From positions 12,914 to 76,913 of IMG/VR virus record IMGVR_UViG_3300045911_000567: 64,000 nt of DNA; one strand, written 5' to 3'. Shown here in pieces: positions 28,568 to 36,398 of this stretch. The notes under the pieces are model-generated. The model did no database searches and was not told where the DNA came from. It worked only from the letters and a program-made list of their open reading frames with translations. Origin of the DNA: a virus. Every line of letters starts with the position of its first letter. The stretch's first letter is position 1. A program made the position numbers and the translations under genes.

Positions 28568-28780
28568 TTAATCATCTGGCGATTTTTTCTTAGATTTATA
28601 ATCGGTTTGATAAAATCCCGATCCCTTGAAAATTGGGGCAGATACGACTGAAAGAACTTTAGCTATCTCAGATTGACAATACGGACAATTTTTGATCGCG
28701 GCGTCTGAGATTTTTTGCTGTATCTCAAGAATTCCACAGGACTTACATTCGTATTCATATAACGGCATATTGTCACTCAC
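28568..28780 (-). CDS. FmdB-family zinc-ribbon protein
   Basis: MPLYEYECKSC..CPYC..FKGSGFYQTDY. Confidence 0.88.
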   Translation of the reverse strand: MSDNMPLYEYECKSCGILEIQQKISDAAIKNCPYCQSEIAKVLSVVSAPIFKGSGFYQTDYKSKKKSPDD

Positions 28781-29202
28781 ATCACTTTTTTGACGGATCC
28801 GTTCGGTAGATAATGATATACTGCAACTTTTTGATTGAATCTTAATGCTTTCCTAATATTATTAGCTTTCATCACCGCACCAAGTTTCGTTTTTTCTTTT
28901 TCTGAAAAGAGTTGCTTTCCTCCTGCATCGTATACCACAACCACGAACAGATCGGATTGTTCTTGTACTACACTACCTAATTGTTCTGGATCGGCTTGCT
29001 CATTTGCTCTCTTCTCTGCATCTTTTCGTGCTTGATCCTGCTTGCGCTGTGCTTCTTTGGCGGCGAAATCTGCTCGTCGAGCTTGTTCTATCTCTCGGGT
29101 GTGTTTTTTTTGTAGTTGTTCTTTCTCTCGTTTCTGACGTTCCCGTACTTTTTGAGCTTGGGACTCAAACTCTTCTTGTAAGTATTTTCTAAATCGTTTC
29201 AT
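28777..29202 (-). CDS. Coiled-coil putative internal head protein
   Basis: MKRFRKYLQEE N-terminus; charged coiled coil. Confidence 0.65.
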   Translation of the reverse strand: MKRFRKYLQEEFESQAQKVRERQKREKEQLQKKHTREIEQARRADFAAKEAQRKQDQARKDAEKRANEQADPEQLGSVVQEQSDLFVVVVYDAGGKQLFSEKEKTKLGAVMKANNIRKALRFNQKVAVYHYLPNGSVKKVM

Positions 29203-30199
29203 AAATTTTTTTTCTAGTGCTATAACGAGATTTCTTTGCTAGATTCAATAATTCTCTTATATTTAGAGAAACGACATGAGCTATAACTTTTTGTTTTTCA
29301 TCTATATTTCTGAGTGCAAATAGTTGATGATGACCATCCAGAATATAATCATCTGACGAAACTACAAACGGCTTTTTAGCATCTGGATGTTTTTTGAAAT
29401 GCTCATATTTCTGTTTAACTTTTTGTAGATTTATTTCTGATTGAGTTGGCTTCAATTTGTCCAGTCGAATGTATTTTTTCGAGACTAAAATGCCCTGTTC
29501 TTTCAGTTCATCCAAAAAAGAGGATATGTCCCTCTCCGCAATCTGTGGCATCTCATTTCTGGTAAAACCTAATCCTTTTATTTTATGAATAATAGACTCG
29601 GCGATTTTCATACTCTTTTTCAATTCGTCGAACATTTCTCTGGCAAATCTTTCTGATAGACCAGATAGAGTCATCGAATAAAATGATGCAAAATCATTTC
29701 GTTTGACTGCATCTCGCACTCTGGAAGCCGAAAACCCTTCCACTCCTTCGGCATCGGGATCTCTCAAACCAGCCGAGATAACCGCAAAATTTTTAATCGG
29801 CAGTCTTTTACTCTTATCTGGATGGTTTATGTATTTCTTTATCAAAGTATCGAATTCGGATACTCTATCGGCTCCAACTACCATCACCAAATTTGCGTAG
29901 CCAATTGAATGTAGATATTGTATCACATCGAAGATTGTTTTGATTTGACTATTTGCTACGATATATTTCTTATGATTCGAAATTCCCATAGCCAGATATT
30001 TTATTTTCTGTTGATATGATAGGGGATTCTTTCTAATATCTTGAGTCTGACTTAAAAAAATAAATGGTGTGGCATTTTCTTTTCTGGAAACCAACAGCAT
30101 ATTTTCAATAACTTTCTCATGTCCTCTATGAGGAGGATTCATTCTACCGAAGGTAAATACTGCTTTTTTACCCGATAAAATTTCACTTAAAAATTTCAT
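29189..30199 (-). CDS. HIGH-superfamily (cytidyltransferase-like) nucleotidyltransferase fused to ParB/Srx-like domain
   Basis: FGRMNPPHRGH, VVGADRV, SAG.RDPD..SASRVR; C-terminal LKPTQ..ILDGHH. Confidence 0.8.
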   Translation of the reverse strand: MKFLSEILSGKKAVFTFGRMNPPHRGHEKVIENMLLVSRKENATPFIFLSQTQDIRKNPLSYQQKIKYLAMGISNHKKYIVANSQIKTIFDVIQYLHSIGYANLVMVVGADRVSEFDTLIKKYINHPDKSKRLPIKNFAVISAGLRDPDAEGVEGFSASRVRDAVKRNDFASFYSMTLSGLSERFAREMFDELKKSMKIAESIIHKIKGLGFTRNEMPQIAERDISSFLDELKEQGILVSKKYIRLDKLKPTQSEINLQKVKQKYEHFKKHPDAKKPFVVSSDDYILDGHHQLFALRNIDEKQKVIAHVVSLNIRELLNLAKKSRYSTRKKIYETI

Positions 30200-30201
30200 T
30201 A

Positions 30202-30744
30202 TTAATCTTTTACTATCGCGTCGTAATAGTTATGTCTTAGTTCGTGTTTTAGTAGATCGCTGTCTCTGATAATATCTCGTAAAACTAATTCAGCATCGCC
30301 GTTCTGGAGAGAAAATAGTAAAATTTTATTCGAATCTTTAGTTTGTTTAAGCATCTTGTTTATTGTTGAAAGGTCGAATCCATATTCTCTCAACTTATCT
30401 TTCTTGATTGCAGGAAGATTGGGATAAATTTTTACAGATTCTTTGAGTGAAACATCATTGGACTCGGAGAAACTCGCCGATGCTAAATCTGATACATTAT
30501 ATAATATATGAGATGGTTCAACGCCGTGCGATTTTACTATATGTTCTACTGCGGCTCTCAACGAAGAAAATCTTTCATTCTTATTGGTTACATAACGTCC
30601 CGATGGTCTGTGGTATGCTACTGCACCAACACGGGCTTTATTAACGTAAACTGCTGCAAATGCAACAGAACGATTTGATGCCAGCCTTTCTAGTTTGACC
30701 ACTGCACCTGACGACTCTTTAAGGTATGTGTTAAATTTTTTCAT
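30202..30744 (-). CDS. Putative internal head protein
   Basis: MKKFNTYLKES; CTAAATA at 30751-30757. Confidence 0.65.
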   Translation of the reverse strand: MKKFNTYLKESSGAVVKLERLASNRSVAFAAVYVNKARVGAVAYHRPSGRYVTNKNERFSSLRAAVEHIVKSHGVEPSHILYNVSDLASASFSESNDVSLKESVKIYPNLPAIKKDKLREYGFDLSTINKMLKQTKDSNKILLFSLQNGDAELVLRDIIRDSDLLKHELRHNYYDAIVKD

Positions 30745-30753
30745 ATACTATAT

Positions 30754-31485
30754 TTAGTTTGCTTGTTGCTTATATAAAACTTTGCTTATTTTACCTAAAT
30801 CTTCAATATTCGACGTTTTTGTGTCGTAGTTTGCCACAGTTTTATATGACCACTTCATATTAACTTTAAATCTATGGTGTAACTTAGTATCAATAACAAC
30901 AATCATGCCTTCTTTTAGTTTAGGAATAACCTTGCCAGATGTAAATAAATTTATGTGCTCAGAAGCGGGCTGCATGATTTCATTTTGTTTAGATAAAGGA
31001 AATAATGCTATAAAGTAATTGTCTATGTTCTCTTTTCTATAAATGAAGGCAATCATTGTTTTACTTGGAAGATGGTCATATTCATCGGGGTGGCCTGTAT
31101 GATCTATTGGAATATCCATCCCTAGTTTTTGACTAAACTCTTTTCTATATTTCTGAAATACAGGACCATGCATACCATAATCACTAATGCTATTTTTAGC
31201 GATAAAGGCATGTATCATTTCATGAGCCACAATCTTAGTCAAAGTTTCTTCTGTAAAATTCAGGGGAGCGATCACGATTTCGATTGTTTCAGGCAAAACA
31301 ACTCTGCTCTGTTTGTATATTTTATATGTAGTCAATCCCATTTGTTGTTTAGGAAGTTTACCGAATTTGATAGGGATTTCTTTGAGGGCACCATTAAAAA
31401 GTTTAGCATCAAGCTCTCGGTAAATCTTCTGAAGAGTAGCATTATCTTGGACTTTTTCTGTTATGAATTGCTTGAATTTTTTCAT
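30754..31485 (-). CDS. SprT-like zinc metalloprotease
   Basis: LFNG.L, HEMIH, HGPVF; MKKFKQFITE N-terminus; CTAAATA at 31493-31499. Confidence 0.8.
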   Translation of the reverse strand: MKKFKQFITEKVQDNATLQKIYRELDAKLFNGALKEIPIKFGKLPKQQMGLTTYKIYKQSRVVLPETIEIVIAPLNFTEETLTKIVAHEMIHAFIAKNSISDYGMHGPVFQKYRKEFSQKLGMDIPIDHTGHPDEYDHLPSKTMIAFIYRKENIDNYFIALFPLSKQNEIMQPASEHINLFTSGKVIPKLKEGMIVVIDTKLHHRFKVNMKWSYKTVANYDTKTSNIEDLGKISKVLYKQQAN

Positions 31486-33488
31486 AATAGTCTATTTAGT
31501 ACCTCTGGTACTGCCAAACCTTCGTTTCTTAGTGCTTCATCTGTTCCTTTTAGGATAGATTTAACCGCCTCTGGATAGATAAAATCTGGAGACAACACCG
31601 CCGAGAGAACTTTTTCGAATACCAGTAAATCTGAAGGAGAAAATTTAGGACCAAATAATAATTCTGTTATGATTTTTGGTGTAGTAGATATGAAAGCCGA
31701 CGATTTTGTCTGAAAATTTTTTGTTATGCCTCTTTTACCTTCTCTGGACTGGGTGGAAAAGAATAATCCCTTAGAATAATCTAATAGTAAGCGCTGTTGC
31801 TCAATTGGCTGTCCAGAATTTGATTTTGTTATTCTGAGTGCCACAAACTTTGCTATTTGATTCAATAATATATTTCTATAAATTCCTTTAAATTCACTTT
31901 CTGATGTTGCCGGACCATAATAAATCCATTCGCTATAATCCAAATTATTAACTAACATCAAATCAACCTGTACCGATTTATTGTGTTGTTTTTTATTTAT
32001 GTTTACAATCGGAAATGCGAAAGACACGATTCCAAGACCTCTACTATCTTTAACAGAAGCAGAAATTCGTTTAATCTTAGAAACAACAAAATCAAACAAC
32101 TCTTCTCTATTAAAGGATTTTGTACTCAAAATAGATTTAGCTGATATTGCTATGTCGATGTCACCAGAAGATTCTCCTGGCAATTTTTTTCCCGCCGAAC
32201 CCAGTACCCTGAGATCGCTTTTTTCTATATTTAAAACAGAAGAAACGGCGGATATGGCTGCTTTTATCGTCTCGGCTGCATTCTCTTGATCTAATCGCGA
32301 GACTCCTATTATTGCGTTTCCTCCTTCATTGAGTGAGGCATGGAAAGAAAAATTCAGTCGAGAGAATTCAAGTCTATCCACCAATTTTATCACACGACCA
32401 GATCTGCTATTAAGAGCAACAAAACCTTCCTGTCCCGTAACTCTGAAACCATCGCCGGTTTGAATGAAGGTGCTCATAGAAGATATTTGATTTAATTTTT
32501 TAAGAATGATCGATTTTAGTTCTACTATGTAAAGTTGATATTTTAACAACTCTACCAAACTTGATTGATTATCAACGAGAAATTTTATATGTCTTTCTTT
32601 TCCGTATGCAGACCTATACTTTGATGAAACATACTCAATCAGGCCAGGAATATCGGAAACTGTCATTTGCTTGCCCGTTCTCACTAATATATTGCTATAC
32701 GCCTTGACGTGGGTAGATATAGGAGAGTTAGATAATTCATCTGCGAATGACCGGATACTTTTTAGTGATTGTTTTGCCTTTTCTATTAATGAATTTAAAT
32801 ACGAAATTTCGGTTTTATTAAATTGAACGCCGGAACTTACATTTTTTAATGTTGCATCGTCAAACCAAACATCTTTTATTTTTTTCAGTTTGGTTATATC
32901 AGGGCTGAAGCTGGCTTTCATTTTGCTCATCTCGGAACCCTTATATTCGGTGTGCCATACTATTCCCAACTGGGCAGAGAGTATGTCTTTTGCTAAGGGA
33001 CTGTTGAGTGGAACGCCATACGTTAGGGTATTTGGTTTAAATAGCACCATTTCTTGACCATCTATTGAGTCCAGAAAAAGACTACTTTTAGTGAAGATTA
33101 CATCACCCTGTAGGACCCCTTTTATTCCCAGAGCCGGAAGAGTTGCCAGAGCAATTTTTAATATCTCTTGTACCCTGTCACTATTAGCATGATTTAACTC
33201 TATATCTTTTGGCGTAAAATTCAATTTTGGATTATTAGATAAAACAGCTTTTGTTCCAACAAAAAATTTCTTTGTTTTGGGATCAATTCCGGCAAAGATA
33301 GCAAGGGAGCCATCCCATTTAGTTGTAATCTTCGAATCAGAAACAGATCCCTCTAAATTTTTAATGATATCTGATAGAACATCGAGAGCATATTTTCCTC
33401 CTCGGGCACCATCATTAATGATGTAGTCCTCTACATGCTCAATGTGGGTATTTTTTGCTTCCGAGATGTATTGAAAAAACTTTTTCAT
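31482..33488 (-). CDS. Fusion of a ligase-fold (DUF6267-like) domain and a Pol-beta nucleotidyltransferase domain
   Basis: KNTHIEHVED, TKWDGS, LQGD, EGFV, KLVDRLEFS; after LNEGG come LGSAGK..SGDIDIA and VQVDLM. Confidence 0.75.
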   Translation of the reverse strand: MKKFFQYISEAKNTHIEHVEDYIINDGARGGKYALDVLSDIIKNLEGSVSDSKITTKWDGSLAIFAGIDPKTKKFFVGTKAVLSNNPKLNFTPKDIELNHANSDRVQEILKIALATLPALGIKGVLQGDVIFTKSSLFLDSIDGQEMVLFKPNTLTYGVPLNSPLAKDILSAQLGIVWHTEYKGSEMSKMKASFSPDITKLKKIKDVWFDDATLKNVSSGVQFNKTEISYLNSLIEKAKQSLKSIRSFADELSNSPISTHVKAYSNILVRTGKQMTVSDIPGLIEYVSSKYRSAYGKERHIKFLVDNQSSLVELLKYQLYIVELKSIILKKLNQISSMSTFIQTGDGFRVTGQEGFVALNSRSGRVIKLVDRLEFSRLNFSFHASLNEGGNAIIGVSRLDQENAAETIKAAISAVSSVLNIEKSDLRVLGSAGKKLPGESSGDIDIAISAKSILSTKSFNREELFDFVVSKIKRISASVKDSRGLGIVSFAFPIVNINKKQHNKSVQVDLMLVNNLDYSEWIYYGPATSESEFKGIYRNILLNQIAKFVALRITKSNSGQPIEQQRLLLDYSKGLFFSTQSREGKRGITKNFQTKSSAFISTTPKIITELLFGPKFSPSDLLVFEKVLSAVLSPDFIYPEAVKSILKGTDEALRNEGLAVPEVLNRLL

Positions 33489-33497
33489 ATAACATAT

Positions 33498-33504
33498 TAT
33501 TTAG
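33498..33504 (-). promoter_or_regulatory. Late promoter CTAAATA
   Basis: 9 nt upstream of the ATG at 33488. Confidence 0.65.
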
Positions 33505-33517
33505 TTCGCCCTGATGT

Positions 33518-34963
33518 TTATATGTCATCGTCATAATTGAAAGATCTAAATCTGCTGATCTTTTCGGCTTTCATTCGCAAACCGAACTGAGATTTATCAA
33601 ATGCTGGTGTATCTTTCTCTGCCTTGCGGTCGGATTGTTTTTTTTCTAAAAGATCACTTTGAGCACTTTCTTCTACATCATATAACCTCATTTTCGACCT
33701 ATCTATTCCTAGAATAAATCGTTTGTTAGACATTACATTATTATATCTATTCTTGAGTTGTTTTACTAATATCTGCCCCATCTTCTCGAGGTCTTCTGTA
33801 GAAATCAATGCTGCCATGAAATCTGCTGTTGCTGGCAATCCCCACGATTCTGATGTATGATCGAGATCGACATCATTGTTTGAAAACCCCTTGCGAGAAG
33901 TTTGGGTTGCCGACCAAATGGGAACATTCTGTTCTTGTGCAAGTCCTCTAAATTCTTCTGCTATCGCTTTAATATAAAGATAAGAATTGCTGCTTGCATC
34001 CGAACTAAGCCTTGATGATGCGGCTATATTCAAATAATCGACGAGAATAACATCGGGTATGAAATTCTTTTTGATCTTTAATTCATGAAGCAGTGCCCTA
34101 AAGTGCGTAACGGTTGCTGATGCCGTAGGATATTCTTTTATGATAATCTTACCTTTTGTTTTCGATCTAATTGCTTCTATTTTCTTGTCGTACACATCTT
34201 TAGGAAGAACTGCCAGGTCAACTATAGGAACATCTAAAAGGTTGGCATCAATTCTTTCTGCAATTCTTTCTTGTGACATTTCAAGCGTGATATACAAAAC
34301 ATTATAGCCGCGCATCATGTATGCACCGGCAAGATGGCATAAAGTCAGAGATTTGCCAATTCCGGTACTCGACATAAAGATATTAAGGGTTTTTCTCGGA
34401 ACGCCACCCCCAGTAATCTTATTCATATAATCTAAGTCGAATGGAAGTTTATCCTCGATATTACGATAAGATTGAAATCTTTCGTTGAAATCTTCCAAAT
34501 AGTTATGCCCGACACTGTTGTCGAATGTCACGGCAAGAGCATCCGAAAATAACTGTGGAATAACTGCTTTGCTCTTTTTGCCAGATTTGTCTTGCATAAT
34601 CTCTACCGTTGCCTGTGCGGCTAGATTAAATGCACAAAACTGGCACCATTTTTCTGTTTCTTTTATTAGAAAATCAAGATCACTGAAAATATCAGGTTTG
34701 GTCAATTTTGATATTGTGTCTTTTATACTCTTAAATGACGAAGTATCTGCGGTGGTATTATTCGAGAGTTTAATCATCAATCCTTCGATGGTAGGATTGA
34801 CATCATATGTATCTATGAAACTCTTTATTTCGTGAAAGATCGTTCGTTCGGCATAATCAAAAAAGTAATCTTCTTTGATATAAGGTATCACCCGTTTCAT
34901 GTATTCGGGATACCATATCAAATTCGTTAATATTACTAATTCAATCCTTTCATTCAGAAGCAT
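33518..34963 (-). CDS. gp41: Replicative DnaB-like helicase
   Basis: STGIGKS, YITLEM..ERI, VDYLNI, SATQT, SES.GLPATAD, KQLKNRY. Confidence 0.97.
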   Translation of the reverse strand: MLLNERIELVILTNLIWYPEYMKRVIPYIKEDYFFDYAERTIFHEIKSFIDTYDVNPTIEGLMIKLSNNTTADTSSFKSIKDTISKLTKPDIFSDLDFLIKETEKWCQFCAFNLAAQATVEIMQDKSGKKSKAVIPQLFSDALAVTFDNSVGHNYLEDFNERFQSYRNIEDKLPFDLDYMNKITGGGVPRKTLNIFMSSTGIGKSLTLCHLAGAYMMRGYNVLYITLEMSQERIAERIDANLLDVPIVDLAVLPKDVYDKKIEAIRSKTKGKIIIKEYPTASATVTHFRALLHELKIKKNFIPDVILVDYLNIAASSRLSSDASSNSYLYIKAIAEEFRGLAQEQNVPIWSATQTSRKGFSNNDVDLDHTSESWGLPATADFMAALISTEDLEKMGQILVKQLKNRYNNVMSNKRFILGIDRSKMRLYDVEESAQSDLLEKKQSDRKAEKDTPAFDKSQFGLRMKAEKISRFRSFNYDDDI

Positions 34964-35336
34964 CTGATTTATTCAAAAATGGATTTTCGAGATCGAGTAT
35001 CATTTTTCCTGAGGGAGATTTTGTCAATCTATCAGAATATTTTTCAATAATAGAAATCAGTATATCTCCGACTAATTTTTTAAAATCTTTCTCATCTTCT
35101 TCTGAAAAATCTACACCTCTAAATCTATCAGGAACATACCATATATCCTGTTCAAATGACATAGTTGGGTTTGGCTTTAGCAATGAAGGCTCTTTGATTT
35201 GAATTTTGCCATAAGAATACACTATGCCTTCCCATTTTCCTGCGGAGGCGGTTAATTTTACACACCACCTCTTATGTTTCTTCGCACTCGGAGATGGATC
35301 GTGGATTATCTGATATTTCGATTCTAAATCACTCAT
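34950..35336 (-). CDS. Hypothetical protein (gp40-like position)
   Basis: Between uvsX and gp41; G.VYSYGKI..F..LVGDIL. Confidence 0.6.
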   Translation of the reverse strand: MSDLESKYQIIHDPSPSAKKHKRWCVKLTASAGKWEGIVYSYGKIQIKEPSLLKPNPTMSFEQDIWYVPDRFRGVDFSEEDEKDFKKLVGDILISIIEKYSDRLTKSPSGKMILDLENPFLNKSDASE

Positions 35337-36390
35337 TTTCTAATATTTCATCAACTAAAGATTCAGGCGAGGAAATTCCATATTCAAATTTACTCTTAAC
35401 AAAAGCGTCGAGTTGTTTTAAAACATCTTCAGTAAAATACTTTTCGGGATTTTTAATAATAGCATTACCAAAAACAGAAGTGCCGTCAGGCAAAACAATT
35501 TTGGTGGAACTTTTTTTAAATATATTAGCTTCTATAGCAAGTTCGAGTAATCCAAAATACCTGTCGAGGCCCTTATCAAAAGATAAAGCAGTGAAAATTT
35601 CGGAACCCTCTCTGGTCAATCTGCCTTTTACTGTCTTGCATCTAATCTTAACACCTTTCTGAACTCCCTCTGTGTCTTTATCTTTACTCTTGCCCAGAGC
35701 AACAATAATACTTGCTGAATATTTCAATCCGGAACCTCCTGCTAACTCTTTTGTGGGAAACATTCCCATTGTTTGATACACATGATTCGTTACAAGCATG
35801 GGGATTCCTGCTCGAGCTAGTTTTAGAGTTAGAACGCGAAAAGCTGCCTTAATTTCTTGCGTTCGTGTCATGTCTTTCACTTCTTTGCCTGACTCAGTAT
35901 CTGCCATTTCCTTTGAGGTCGATAACATTCCCAGAGAGTCCAACAAGAACATCATGTTTCTTCTGTCTTTTTCGTTTTTATTGAGGTGGTTGTCAACAAT
36001 TTTCAGTGCTTGTGTTTTGAATTGTTGAACCGTTTCAACTGGAACAACCAACACTCTAGAAACATCAATTTGCCTATCAATAAGGAGATCTTTTGTAATA
36101 GCTCCTTCTGATTCAAAAATGATTCCGAGGTTCTTTTTATCCAGCGATAGAAAATGCTTTAATACAGACAAGACGAAGTAGGTTTTTCCTGTTGCTTCCT
36201 CGCCGGCAAAAGCCACAATTTTATTCGATGGAATTCCTTTATAGATAGATCCTGATAAGAGGGCATTGAGTGTATAAGAACCGGTGTCAATAAAACCTGC
36301 AATATCTGCATAGGTTCCATCTTCTGCGACGGAAGCATTTTCATTTGCTATTAATGATATAATTTCACCTAAATCATTATTCTTCGACAT
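35329..36390 (-). CDS. uvsX: RecA-like recombinase
   Basis: DTGSY.LNALLSG, GEEATGKT, LDSLG, DMTR, GGSGLKYSAS. Confidence 0.96.
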   Translation of the reverse strand: MSKNNDLGEIISLIANENASVAEDGTYADIAGFIDTGSYTLNALLSGSIYKGIPSNKIVAFAGEEATGKTYFVLSVLKHFLSLDKKNLGIIFESEGAITKDLLIDRQIDVSRVLVVPVETVQQFKTQALKIVDNHLNKNEKDRRNMMFLLDSLGMLSTSKEMADTESGKEVKDMTRTQEIKAAFRVLTLKLARAGIPMLVTNHVYQTMGMFPTKELAGGSGLKYSASIIVALGKSKDKDTEGVQKGVKIRCKTVKGRLTREGSEIFTALSFDKGLDRYFGLLELAIEANIFKKSSTKIVLPDGTSVFGNAIIKNPEKYFTEDVLKQLDAFVKSKFEYGISSPESLVDEILENE

Positions 36391-36398
36391 ATGTACTC

